From: Blastocladiella emersonii ATCC 22665
Lineage: Eukaryota; Fungi; Blastocladiomycota
Direction of reading: 5' to 3'
Assembly (NCBI GenBank): GCA_025594325.1
Contig: JANHCV010000008.1
Span: 806,001 to 870,000, forward strand
Length of the DNA: 64,000 nt
In this document: in pieces, positions 1 through 11,490 of the stretch
Layout: each line of letters starts with the position of its first letter
How positions within the stretch are numbered: position 1 is the stretch's first letter
The notes under the pieces: generated by a model
What the model saw: only the letters and a program-made list of their open reading frames with translations
The model's database searches: none
What the model was told of the DNA's origin: nothing
Program-made: the position numbers and the translations under genes

Positions 1-672
1 GAGAGTGGTCGGTCGGACTGTCGCGCGATGCGATCAGATGGTCGAGGCACACACAATGGGTTTCTAGCGCAGAGCGCAGGGCGAGCGAGCAAGTGGTGAG
101 TGATCGGCCGTGTTCACGCGGTATTCTACCCAAAGCGACACGCCCCAGGTCGAGGTTGACCTACGACCCCGCCGCGTGACGCTCGCCGCCGACTTGAGCT
201 GGTCGTGCGCGTCGCGGCGCGTCGTGTTGTGGCTGGCCGGAGCTTGGTGGTCGTCGACCGACAGGGAAGACCACCACGCGCGCGTGATGTTGCCGCGGAA
301 CTCGCGGAAGTCGAGTCACAATTGCTGAGAGCATCGTGTTGAGCGTGAGCTTGGCCATGAACCGCAGTCAATGATCGAGATGACAACGGGCGTTGCAGTT
401 CTGGAGCGACCAACGTCGAGGCGCCCTGCCGCTTGAAGCAGTTGAAGCAGAGGAAGTTGAGCGTCGACGACGACAGCAAGTACGTGAGGCCCGGCGCGGC
501 CCAGCACGACCTGGCGGCTCGTACTGTGTTGTCAGCCGGAAGTCGTTGCGTAGCACTCGCCCTAGGTTCGAGCGATGCGTCATGATTCTGCGAACGGCGG
601 CGGGTTCCTTCGCGTACCGAATGATGCCACTCGCTCGCCGCGGGCTTGGCGCGCGCGTGAGCTCGGGGATGG

Positions 673-2520
673 ATGAGTATGGCCATTGGCGCCGCCACGG
701 CTATTTCTACTTGCTCCGCGAGTAAAGACGGCGCTCCGACGTATAACGCAATTGTGCCCGAGTCGCCCGAGCAATGCGCGCTGCTCGAGGTCATGAACTG
801 CCGAGCCAGGACTTTTCAAGCTATTATGCACTCCCGCTTGTCAGCCTTGGGGCCGGCTCAACCACCGCATGTGATGGATCTAACGCGCAAGCTCCTTGTT
901 GTGGAACAAGCGCATGTTCGAGTGGACCTGCTTCCGTCTCCAGCTGCTCATTCGGCTCACACAGATGCACTTGCATCGCCGTGTGATCCTCAAAATACGA
1001 AGCCTGACATGCCACTTGGCTTTGAAGTACCTCCGCCTGCTGCTCCTCGGTTGGCTCGCGCGGATGCGGTTGCCTCGCCTTCCGCTCATCAAGAGACAAA
1101 GCTTGACACACCAAATGGCTCTGACTTGCCTCTATCGTCCCCTCGTCAGCCGTTTCGCGCGGATGCGCTTGCCTCGCCGTCCGCTCATGAAGACACACAG
1201 CTTGACGAACCGCGTGATCTTGAATCGCATCATGCGACTCCTTCACACATAACTTCCGATACGAGTAACAGCAGCGTAACCCCTCTCGCTCAGCCTGCGC
1301 TGTCGACGACTTCAACTCGTACTTTGGAGGCAATCATTGATGCAGCGGATTTCCAGTTTACGACCTTCCAGCCGCTTTCCGATCGCGCTGGACCGGAAAT
1401 CAAAGCCATGATTACAGCACTAACCACGGCCAGCGTCCCGCCCGGCCAGCTAGCCCGCGCGCTGCTCTTGACTCGATCCCTTTCCCGAGTTCCGCGCAAC
1501 ATTTACCATGCTTTTGCGATCGTTTTGGATCCAGATATGCCCGACGACTACGCGCGTGATGCTGTGCTTGCCGTATTCTGTCCGCGGCGGCCCAAGTGGG
1601 TTTCCCAGTGGCTCGAGTTTCGCGTCGAGCGCGGCGCGGATCGCTTGAGCGCACTCGAGCAAACTCGGTCGATTCTGCGCAATGTTCCCGGATGGAGCCC
1701 GGCCCGCGAGCGGCTTCCGCACGTCAAACGGCTTGTTGCGGAGCGGATTGACGGCGCGAATTTCAACAACTTGTTTGACGTTTTCATGGATCGGGATCAG
1801 ACGCTTGGTGACCTTTTTACGGCTTGTCTTGGGGCGACTTCTACACGCGCGGGCAATGCAGCCAACGATCGCCCGGTGCGGGAGATCAAGGTTCAATCAC
1901 GGACTGCCAGTGAAGCGATTTCAAACTCCGCTGAACAATGGCCAGCGAAACGGTCTCGCTGGCTCGCTTCGCCGCGACCTTCGTCGCCGAGGATCGCTGA
2001 GCCTGCGACTGCTGAGCCCGCGTATGTATCAATCGCGGCGCTGCGCCCATCGCCGGTCCCCGGCCTTACCTGCGTCTACTGCATCGCGCGGTTGAGCCTC
2101 AGCCCGCTACCCAACCCGCTTCTGCATATTCGCCCGCACTGCGAAGTGACTTGCTGGCAACTATCAAACGTCCAGAATGTCTCGATCGCTATCTACCAGG
2201 CACTGCGCTCCCTGCCTGAACCCGAGCGGATCCTGATCCGACTGCCCCCGAAGCAGGATGGTTTGGCCAAGCTGCGCGAGTATTTGCGCACGCTGGAAGT
2301 CGAGCTCGCGCGAGTGAGCACCACACGCGCGCAGTGGCTTGCGCACGCTGCAATTGCAGCGATGACACGGCTTCCGCAGAGACCGCTCATGAAAATTGCA
2401 CCCCGCGTCTTGCTGCTTGTGGAGGGCATGCAAACGTCCCGAGACGATCAATCTACTCGGGCCGCGTTCAAGGTCGGCGCGGACTATCTCGCGCAGCAGC
2501 AGCGCGCTGGACGGCTGTGA
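673..2520 (+). CDS. Family C copy 1: intronless Gag-like protein with a CxxC-x18-H-x4-C zinc knuckle
   Basis: 615-aa ORF. Aligns by eye with 54776..56392 and 61976..63637 in the EQxxL..M..R block, the VPxxIYxxF...EMPD block and LPHVKxxxxERI. CVYC...HCEVTC at 2071-2154. The Gag assignment is inference. Confidence 0.6.
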   Translation: MSMAIGAATAISTCSASKDGAPTYNAIVPESPEQCALLEVMNCRARTFQAIMHSRLSALGPAQPPHVMDLTRKLLVVEQAHVRVDLLPSPAAHSAHTDALASPCDPQNTKPDMPLGFEVPPPAAPRLARADAVASPSAHQETKLDTPNGSDLPLSSPRQPFRADALASPSAHEDTQLDEPRDLESHHATPSHITSDTSNSSVTPLAQPALSTTSTRTLEAIIDAADFQFTTFQPLSDRAGPEIKAMITALTTASVPPGQLARALLLTRSLSRVPRNIYHAFAIVLDPDMPDDYARDAVLAVFCPRRPKWVSQWLEFRVERGADRLSALEQTRSILRNVPGWSPARERLPHVKRLVAERIDGANFNNLFDVFMDRDQTLGDLFTACLGATSTRAGNAANDRPVREIKVQSRTASEAISNSAEQWPAKRSRWLASPRPSSPRIAEPATAEPAYVSIAALRPSPVPGLTCVYCIARLSLSPLPNPLLHIRPHCEVTCWQLSNVQNVSIAIYQALRSLPEPERILIRLPPKQDGLAKLREYLRTLEVELARVSTTRAQWLAHAAIAAMTRLPQRPLMKIAPRVLLLVEGMQTSRDDQSTRAAFKVGADYLAQQQRAGRL

Positions 2521-2901
2521 GAGTCCGACAGGACGGACTGAGAAGTATATAATGGAAATATATTGAAGTACCCTCACCCTTCTACGAACAAACCTCAGCC
2601 TCTAGACGTGGCCATCATTGGTGTGGCGAATACGCGATGCGCCACATCACGTGTGGCTCCGCCCCACGCTCGCGGACGCGTTTCTCGTTTCGAACGCGTC
2701 CCTCGCAAAAAACGTCTTCTCTCATCTCCCCCGAATACTGCTATGAAGACTTCGACGAGACTCCTTGCATTATGTCGACTGGATCACTGTCAAGCGAGGG
2801 TTGGAGCAAAACGGCAACTTGCGACCAACGTTGATCGCGCAGGAGGCGGCCCTTCGCGCCACGTTGAATCGTGGCGCATCGCGCATGCAATCCGCTTCGA
2901 C

Positions 2902-2937
2902 GTTGCGACTTAATTCTAGTTGCGACTTAATTCTAGT
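2902..2937. repeat. 17-bp perfect tandem duplication (gttgcgacttaattcta x2)
   Basis: Read directly from the sequence. Confidence 0.9.
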
Positions 2938-4848
2938 GCTTCTCCTCATGTGATCTCGGGCCTTGGCATGTTCGCGAACCAGGCCAGCACAGATCACGCT
3001 AGCGTCGCCGGCTCTTCCGCTCATGATGCGACCGAACTCCGAGCCTCAATCAATCAACCAAACCCCGGCTCGACTTACTCTGCTCTATCTTCGTTCTCGC
3101 GCGTCCCTTCGAGAATCACACATCGGCCACAGCGGTTTCGCGCGCGTCTGGTCATCGCAAAACGGGCTCGCTTGACAGGGTGGGAAATTTTCAGCAAGCG
3201 GCTCAACGGGCTGGAGCTCGGCCGAGAGTGGGCAAGCACGAGGCTGGTGCGGCCGCTCTTCGTCATCCTTGACCAAGCTTGAGAGGCTGAGTGGCGAGTG
3301 TGGCTGAGCGTGACGCAACTTGAGGAAATGCGTTGCAATCTCACCCAAGCACGGCGAAGCTAGGCCCAGCACGGTGGCGAGCGGGACAAGGACGGCCAAG
3401 GATGAGAGCGGGTCGCTCAAGCTTGGCGAAGCTTGCCCAAGGATGGCTCACTTGGTGCGAAGCTTCCGTGGAAGGGGCTTCAGACGGAAATCGCGGGGAC
3501 GCGGTCCTTTCTTTGTGACATTGCTGTGATTGCCAAATCCGACAGAAAGAAACGGAAACAGGTGAGTTGCTGCCTCGCGAGATGCTGTCAAAAAGTCGCG
3601 ACGCGCCACACACGTGAGGGGTCGGGACGCGTTTCCCTCGAAGCAGATCCCGCGTGTAATACCGCGCAACTCAAACGCCAGTGGCTGAAGGAAGTTGGGA
3701 CAGCTGAGATATGTCTTGTGCAAGCATCAAACGCGCATGTATCAACTTTCTGTCAAACTCGGGCGCTTCCGATTCAATCCTCCTCCCGAAATGACCGCGG
3801 TGATTCAGGGCTCCAAACGACCACAACACAACACAACACAACATATCAGAGGCGCCAGCGTCGTCGGTAAATGAGCGATATTCGCGAAAACACAGGGCGC
3901 GGGTCAACTGGGGCAAAAGCGAGTGCGTGCGATGGCGACAGTAAGACGTGACTCGCACACGCGGCGCGGACTTTTCACGGCGCCCGTACAAGTCTCGTCG
4001 ATGAGAGGGGCCTATCGCAAGCAATCGCAGCCCAATTCAAGCAGTGTCGATGATGGACAGCAAAGAGTTACGATACGCTTCACGAGTCAAGCTTGAGCAG
4101 GGCAAGACCAATCGCGCTGAATCCGTGAACGAAGTAACAGGGATGAGCTTGGCTCTTCATGCGAAGATGTCGTAGTGAAAGTATGCCCACGCAGACCAAT
4201 CAGTGGTCAACGGAGGATATTTGACCCGAATGCGGACGAGACCAAGGCAATGATCGAACCTGGGAAGATTCTTTGGATGGCATTGAAACGTCACATGCTA
4301 CCAATGTTATGCGCACAGGGTAGTGAACATGCGCGACGGTGAACACGGTCGTCCACATAGACAAGTCCACCACCGTGCGGTGAAGTAGCGTGGAAACAGT
4401 GCCGCCGAGTGTGCACGCTGGTGCGCAGTGAGCCTGCGGCCTCGAGAAACGAAAGTTGCACTTCGGCCAAGAAGATTGGACCCCGGCGATCAGAAAACAA
4501 CTCGAATCAACGACATCAACCGAGTAAATCAGCTGATCACCTTCCGCCTTCGAACCGCTGGTCGATGCGCGTGTCGCGGCGAGAGTCGCGGACTCGTCGC
4601 CCGCCAAGTTGGGCCAGAACGTGCAAATGTGGCACTGATGGTGACCAGAAGCCAGTCTTGAACATATTGCAGCAAGTCTAGTTCATTGGATTCCGTGCAA
4701 AGCAGATATTCATGGGGGGTGACTGGTGAAGGGACTCGACACGGCGACCGCAGCTCGCAAAGTTCACCGCGGCGCAGTGCTGGCTCCTCCCATCAGAACA
4801 CTATCCCTCCCGTCAGCCAGATCCTCAGCACGCGATTGTATCCATCAA

Positions 4849-5857
4849 TCAGACACGCTCCCCGCGAAGCCACGCGTCGATCCCCATGACCTCGGCGTCC
4901 CATTCGGTGGCCAGCACCAGCTGCTCGTCGTCACGCTCCGCGAACGAGTCATTCTCCATCGGCACGTCCAGCAGCTTGGTGATGATCAGCGTGAGCGGCG
5001 GTGGCGGGGTCGACGTGTCCTGGAGGATGCGCGTCGTCATCTTGGATTCGAGAGACTTGAGCAGGTCCTTTGGCGACAGGTCTCGCGGCGCGTACTGAAC
5101 GAGCTCGCTGCGAGGCGCGTAGTGGACGGGCTCGAAGGGCGGCGCGTCCAGTTCGGACTCTGGACTCGCACTTAGCGAACTACGACGTGAATCGCTCGGA
5201 GAACCGCATTGCGGACTGCTGCTTGGCGAACCCGGCGAACTGCTTAGTGGGCTGGGCGGCGCGGTGTCGAACGAGTCCAGGAGGGACCCCATGCCCGCGA
5301 GCATCCCCTGGATCCCAAACCCGCCGCCCTGGTTGAGCGGGAGCCAGTAGTCCACGGGCACGGGCTGGAGCTTGACCTGGACAGGATGGCGGCCGGGCGT
5401 GTCGGGCGCATCGTTGTCGATGCCGTGGGCGGCGGCGAACCTCGCGTCGAACGTGTAGATGTGCACGTCGAAGCGCCACGGCGCGCCAGGCGGCAGCGGA
5501 GCGAAGAACACGCGCGCGAGGCCGGCGGTCCACGCCTGGTCGACGACGTAGACGGGGATGGTGGTGACGGTCGAGCCCGTTAGGGCGGGCATCTTGGCGA
5601 GGCGGGCGAGCAGCTTGCGGGTCAGCGGGACGCGGTCAGTCGCATGGTCCGGCGGGATCACCATGTTGGCCATGAGGGAGGTCGGGTCGACGCCGGACTG
5701 CGCGCTAAACCGGCGAGATGATGCATCAGCTGTGTGCTCGGTGGTACGGCCCCTCAAGAATCAACACGTACGCGACGGTGAACAGGTCGTCGCGCGTCGT
5801 GCACCGCGGGCGCGGCGGCCAGTTGAACGCGACGTCGGGCGCAGCGGAGCTCAGCAT
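4849..5857 (-). CDS. Family B copy 1: orphan protein, 2 exons (5857-5772, 5704-4849), ~313 aa
   Basis: Open frame across a GT-AG intron. Near-identical N-terminal half and conserved C-terminus shared with 17731..18610 and the copy ending at 13996. Confidence 0.7.
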
Positions 5858-6720
5858 GGTTGATTCGTTGCAGTATGTGTGTGGGTTTGAGACGTTACGT
5901 CGTGCTCGCGTATCGGTGAGCGAGCGCTCGCTGGTCGCAGCTCGAAGCGACCTGGCAACGCAGTCAGCTGACCACGCGTCGATCACTTTCGCCTCGCGGC
6001 GACGGCTCCGCGGAGCCACCTCGCGCCACCCTGTTGCGAGGCCCTGCCCAGGCGCGGTGTGTAGAACCCGTTCATATTCACCTTCAAGACCAGCTTGTAA
6101 CGCAGCCCGCGATGCTCCACATCAAGCGAACGTTGAGGCCGGACGCACCACCAATCCTCGCCAGCAGCAAAGTCCGGTCAGAACCCCTGGTCCGGTTCAA
6201 CGCGACGCGCCGAGCACCAGAAGCGTCGATGACACGGTGCGCCTTCCTCGAACAATGGCTCGATCACGCGGCGCCGCCGCTCATGCAAGTCGTGCGCGAG
6301 CGTGCATGGGTCATGCGGCCACGTTTCCGCGTCCACGCGACCTATCTGGGGAGCTCCGTTGTCCGTGACCTGCCCCGTGAACAGTTGTCCGCGCGACCTT
6401 AAGTCCCTTCCTCAAGTCATGCGGCCAGGTCAGGTCGACTCGGCCGAGTGCGCACGCGCAAATCGTGGCCTCTACGAGCACACGCACGCGAGTTCGTGGT
6501 CCATGTGGCCGACGCGTCGACCTCGCGCGCGCGCGCGCTCCCGGTCGGTGACCTCGCCCCATGATCCGGCGCAGCAGCGAAAACGTGGATTTGCGCGAGC
6601 GAGGCGCGATGGACAGTCCCAGTGCCGAACCGATAAATACCGGCCGCCCCCCGCTCACTCCCCAAGTCGGCTCGACACAAGCAATAGAGCAGGCTCGACC
6701 GCTAGAACCCATAGACACCC

Positions 6721-6748
6721 CACCACCACCACCACCACCACCACCACC
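6721..6748. repeat. (CAC)9 microsatellite abutting the subtilisin ATG
   Basis: Read directly from the sequence. Confidence 0.95.
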
Positions 6749-7942
6749 ATGCAGATCAAGGCCCTCATCGCTGCGCTCGCGCTCGTTCTCGCCACGGCCT
6801 CGTCGACCGAGGCGGCGCCCAACAACGGCGTGCGCGCACCCGTGTCGCTCAAGGACCGGTACATCATCACGCTCAAGCGCGACACCGACTTCAAGACCTT
6901 CTCGCGTGCGCTCAAGGCCGAGGTCGCCGCCGAGAACGCGCGCGAGTCGAGCAACGGCGGCGTCGTGTCCAAGATCGACCACGAGTTCCAGATCTCGGGC
7001 GACTTTAAGGGCTACGCCGGCACCTTCGCGCCGTCGCTCATCAAGCGGCTGCAGGCGCACGGCAAGGTGGCGGCCGTCGAGGCCGATGCCACCGTGTACG
7101 CGACGGCGGTGCAGTCGCCCGCGGGGTCGTGGGGCCTGACGCGCATCTCGCAGCGCGACCTCAACCTGTCGGCGGGTTACGAGTACCCGGACCGCGCGGG
7201 CGAGGGCGCCACGGCCTACGTCATTGACACGGGCGTGCTCGTCTCGCACTCCGAGTTCGAGGGCCGCGCCAGCTTCGGGTTCAAGGCCGACGCGTCGTGG
7301 TCCGACGGCGACGGCAACGGGCACGGCACGCACGTCGCGGGGACGATTGCGTCCAAGCGATTCGGTGTCGCCAAGGCCGCTTCGATCGTCGCGGTCAAGG
7401 TGCTCGGCGATGACGGCAGCGGCACCAACTCGGGCGTGATCGCCGGCATCAACTGGGTCGCGGCGCAGGCGCGCGACGCGGGCCGCACCGTGGTGGCCAA
7501 CATGTCGCTCGGTGGGGGCAAATCGGCGGCCATGAACGCGGCCATCAAGTCGCTCGTCGAGTCGGGCGTGGTGGCGGTCGTGGCCGCGGGCAACGAGTCG
7601 CAGGACGCGTGCAACGTGTCGCCGTCCTCGGAGCCGTCGGCCGTCACCGTGGCGTCGTCGAACAAGGCCGACGCGCTGTCGTCCTTCTCCAACTACGGCG
7701 AGTGCGTCGACATCATCGCACCCGGGTCTTCCATCACTTCCACGTGGAACAACGGCGGCACCAGCACCATCTCGGGCACGTCCATGGCGTCGCCGCACGT
7801 CGCGGGCGCCGCGAGTCTGATCCTCGGCGACAACCCCGAGTTCTCGGTCGACGAGGTCGTCGCGCAGCTGGTCGGTAACGCCACGCCCAACAAGATCAAG
7901 GGCACCAAGAACTCGGTGAACAAGCTCCTCTACGTGAACTAG
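6749..7942 (+). CDS. Secreted subtilisin-like serine protease (S8A, proteinase K type) with I9 prodomain, 397 aa
   Basis: Signal peptide MQIKALIAALALVLATA. Catalytic motifs VIDTG, HGTHVAG, AAGN and GTSMASPHVAG. Strong GC3 codon bias. Confidence 0.95.
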   Translation: MQIKALIAALALVLATASSTEAAPNNGVRAPVSLKDRYIITLKRDTDFKTFSRALKAEVAAENARESSNGGVVSKIDHEFQISGDFKGYAGTFAPSLIKRLQAHGKVAAVEADATVYATAVQSPAGSWGLTRISQRDLNLSAGYEYPDRAGEGATAYVIDTGVLVSHSEFEGRASFGFKADASWSDGDGNGHGTHVAGTIASKRFGVAKAASIVAVKVLGDDGSGTNSGVIAGINWVAAQARDAGRTVVANMSLGGGKSAAMNAAIKSLVESGVVAVVAAGNESQDACNVSPSSEPSAVTVASSNKADALSSFSNYGECVDIIAPGSSITSTWNNGGTSTISGTSMASPHVAGAASLILGDNPEFSVDEVVAQLVGNATPNKIKGTKNSVNKLLYVN

Positions 7943-8347
7943 AGTCATCTCGAGCTTGAATACATGTGTTGCATCGAGTCTTTGTAATCACCGACGACTT
8001 TGTGGAAGCTTCAGGGGGAGAAGAGGAGGGCGAGGCGAGCAGAAGAGGGTGGCGGTGGCGCTCACGAGACCTGAGACACGCGTCGCTTTCCTTCGCGGCT
8101 CGCGGCCGAGCGCGCTCTCTCTCTCTCATGCTGGCGTCAATGGAACCGAATGGAAATCCTAAACTGAAGCAAAACTTGATGCAACCGCACACTGGCCACG
8201 GGCAGCCCGCTTCCTCGCTCAAGCTGCCCAAAGACTTTGAGTCGATTCTTGTTCATGCCGCGAACCTGTGCGCGTACTGCGACAAGCCGGCCGATCTTGC
8301 CCGCTTCTCTCGCGTCATGCTGCGTCGGAATGCTCCCCGCGTCCTTG

Positions 8348-9609
8348 ATGCCATCGTCGGCCGGTGATAAATTCGACGTGTACGCAGCAATCGAGCGCGA
8401 GGACTTGGTCCGCCTGCGGCTCTGGCACGCGGCGGGTCACTCGTTTCCCGATGATCTCATGGAAGCGTTGGAACAGGCATATAGAGACGGCCAGTTTGCT
8501 TTTCTCGACGCGTGGCGCGCGGCTAAGCGCTTCCCATCTCACCCGCCCACTTTGAGAGCCTCTTTTACGTCTTCATTCACGAGGTGCGCTGCGATACTCT
8601 ACCACGAGAATTTTGCACCACAGAGTTCTGACTTTCGGGACCCCGCTAGTCGCAATCCGGTTACTGGAACGCAGGTGACTACCGCGCGAGGCAAGGGCCA
8701 GGAGGCGTGGTCAGCGATACCCTGATCGACATGCAATTCGTCCGCATTGAGCTTCATGAGATAAACTTAGCGCACAAGCTTCTGTTCAACTCTCGCGTGG
8801 TCTTCACACGCCTCGCGCTCGTAAACTGCTGTATTCCCCTGCCCTTCCTTGCCAAGTTGGCCGCTGCAACCTCGGGCCTCCTGTCGCTCAACCTGAGCTA
8901 CACTCTCATTCACCCGTACGGCGATATCAAGGAAGGTCAGGACTGGCTGCCCGATTCCATCACCCATCTCGTTTTCACAGGCATTCAGTTTGGTGGCGAA
9001 CTGTGGCCGTTGCGCCGTCTACCTGTCAAGCTCGAGGTGCTCAAGCTCAAGGAGCGCCGCTTGTTGGATCCTCGGGTCGCGCTCAATCTTGCATTTCGCC
9101 TGCCCGCATCGCTTAAAACTCTCGACATGCCGTTCGCTGAGTGGGACGCCGGTTCTGCTGCAGCGCTCGCAGTTTGCATCCCGCTGACGCTTCGAACGAT
9201 GATAGCAAGCGTGACCCTCATGACGGGCGAGTTGGGAGCTCACTTCATTCCCCTACTTTCGCCGTCTCTCAAGGAGTTGACTCTGTTCGGCGCCTCGGAC
9301 GTCCCAGTTCAGCACGTCTTTCCGGGTCTCACCGACTTACATGTCATTGCTGCGGGACTGAGTGGTCCGAGTCTCAAATGGCTTGTACCCAAGCTCCCGC
9401 AATCCCTTTGCACTCTCAATCTCAGCAACAACCGCCTCACGTCCTTAAATTACGCCGCGCTTGCATCGAACATCCCGCGCGGCCTTGCCAAGCTCGAAAT
9501 CAACGACACGGACATGGACCTGTCTGCCGCGCAACAAATCGCCAAACAAAAATCGGAAATCGGAAATCGCGGATCGCAAATTGTGCGGCCAGCTGCAAAT
9601 TTTCACTAA
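8348..9609 (+). CDS. LRR (RNI-like) protein with an N-terminal helical/ankyrin-like part; probably frameshifted and 3' truncated
   Basis: LRR units LLSLNLSYT, LPASLKTLDM, LPQSLCTLNLSNNRL and LAKLEINDT in ORF 8707..9609. No splice solution found that joins it in frame to ORF 8348..8725. LRRs stop abruptly near 9540. Confidence 0.55.
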
Positions 9610-9830
9610 ATTCTTGGGCCAGGTCGGGTGAGGGTTGAAATTTCGAACATAGATTTCCGTTGAATCCGATATATGAGCGTGGTGGGGAGGTCAGGGGGAT
9701 TTTTCGCTGGTGGTCGTGGTGGTTGGAGTTGCCCTTCAAGAAAGTTGGACTTTTCACCACAACGGCTCAGTCGATTGCACTGTTCTCGACGGTGATTTAG
9801 GACGAATTCAAGGCATGTATCACGGGGAAA

Positions 9831-11296
9831 TCACTTCTCCTCGCGCCTCTGGATGAAGGTAGCGAGCGGGAGCCCCGTCATGGCGTTGCGCGGGGCCTGA
9901 CCCAGATTGTTGCGGGCCGATGCGACGCGCATCTTGTCAAGGAGGGTGTAGGAATCCTCGGCAAACTGCTCACGGAGCACGCCGTCTTGATCGTGGAGCG
10001 CAGTGATGGCCTCGTTGTAAAAGGGCTCGAGCGGCGGGCGGCGGTACGAGGCCACCCCTTGGTGCGATGCGACGCCGCCACTCGCCTAATCGTCGGCGTG
10101 AGTGTAAGCCATAGTAGAAGGCGCAGACGCAGCGGCGGACGTACCAGTGTCGCGAGAGCCACCATGATGCACGGCGCGAGCTGCTGGAGCGTGAAGACCT
10201 TGGCTCCGGTCCCGTTGGTCCGAGCCACACGTGCGTTGAGCCGCGCAATGTACTCGTCAATGGCGTCAACCCAGTTGCCTAGATCACGGATGAGTTGCAC
10301 TCTGAGAGATTTAAGTTTCGAAAGAAAGCCGTACCGTCTCGCCAGTTGGTACACCGCTCAATGACTTGGACGAGAAACGGGTGCAGGTGGTGCAGCCCGA
10401 TACTGTCTGGCTGAATCTGGACCATCCAGTGCTGGTTGAAGTCGAGGGTGCGAGCGACACCGACGGACTTGACGGCGGGCAGCTTAGGGTGGATTCGGGC
10501 GAGGCGCTTGTCCTTGAGGATGGCCGCCGCCGTCTTCATGAAGCTGGTTCGAGCCGCGGTGACAGTTTCGGCGAAGCGCTTGCGATACTAGATTCTCAAG
10601 GCAAGCGTTAGTTTTCCTTGCAATCACACGGCGATGGCTCGTTGTACCTCGTCAAACGCAACGGCGGGTATGCCGTCGTTGCACGTCTCGAGGTAGTCGG
10701 CGTAGCAGTGCGCTTCAAGGATCTCGGCATCGACAAACGGGCCGTAGACAAGGATACTCACGCGGAGCTGCATCCGGAGACTCGGCGAAATGGTGCGCAA
10801 GGTCGTGCTCTCAGTCCGGCGGCGTTTGGCCGTACTATTGAACGTGTACCGCAACAAAAATGTTGGATCGAGTGTAAGACAGCGGGCGTGGAGGAACTAA
10901 GAAGCCGACGCTCCGATGAGGACCATCGCTCAACTCGTCCTCTTCATCATCACTCTCATTTTTTTCGCTCCCATCACCCCCATGTTCGTCCGAGTCCGCG
11001 TTCGCGCCTCCATCCTCGCTCTCAGCGTCTCTAGAGTCCTCTGGCGCGCCGCGGTCACTAATTTCCTCATCGACCTTGGGAGCTGCTTCTGGCGCAACAG
11101 AACCGGTGCTCGACCGTCTGGCCCCGGGCCGCAGACGTGGCCGAGGCTTGTCCGCGAGGGGAAGCAGGCTGGGTCGGGGAAGCAGGTTGGGTCGCGAGGC
11201 GGCGGCGAGGGGCAACTCCGCCTGCGCGGCACTGGCCACAGCGCGCTCGCGAACACGATTGCTGCGCCGCACGGGTTCCGTTGCATCAAGTTCCAT
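9831..11296 (-). CDS. Family A copy 1 (multi-exon; may be damaged)
   Basis: RRSNRVR, LVYGPFVD..HCYADYLE, LARIHP, LHPFL, FTLQQLAP and PPLEPFY motifs across ORFs 10835..11314, 10624..10857, 10279..10539, 9878..10354 and 9831..10055. The first splice donor seen in the paralogs looks altered here. Confidence 0.55.
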
Positions 11297-11490
11297 GGTG
11301 GTGGTGCGTCGCATGCGCTCCGTTTGAACAGACTTGGTTGGAGCCTGAGGCGAAAGGCGAACGAGCGGTGAGCCGATGTGGCGTTCCAGCTGAGTGGCGC
11401 TTCGCGTTGGGTTTCAGGCCCTCCCGTTCATCGGCGCAGGATCACGAAGAAGAACGGGTTCAATGGTATATGATAGACGTTTGAAACGGT

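Noticed and set aside
1-670. Possible gene fragment on the minus strand (WAAPGLTYLL...CFNCFKR; DFREFRGNITRAWW)
   Set aside because: Looks coding-like but is broken across frames, lies at the window edge and matches nothing recognisable.
2560-4400. Protein-like fragments downstream of family C copy 1 as a decayed pol
   Set aside because: No protease (DSG/DTG), RT (YxDD), RNase H or integrase motifs visible; multiple stops. Left unassigned.
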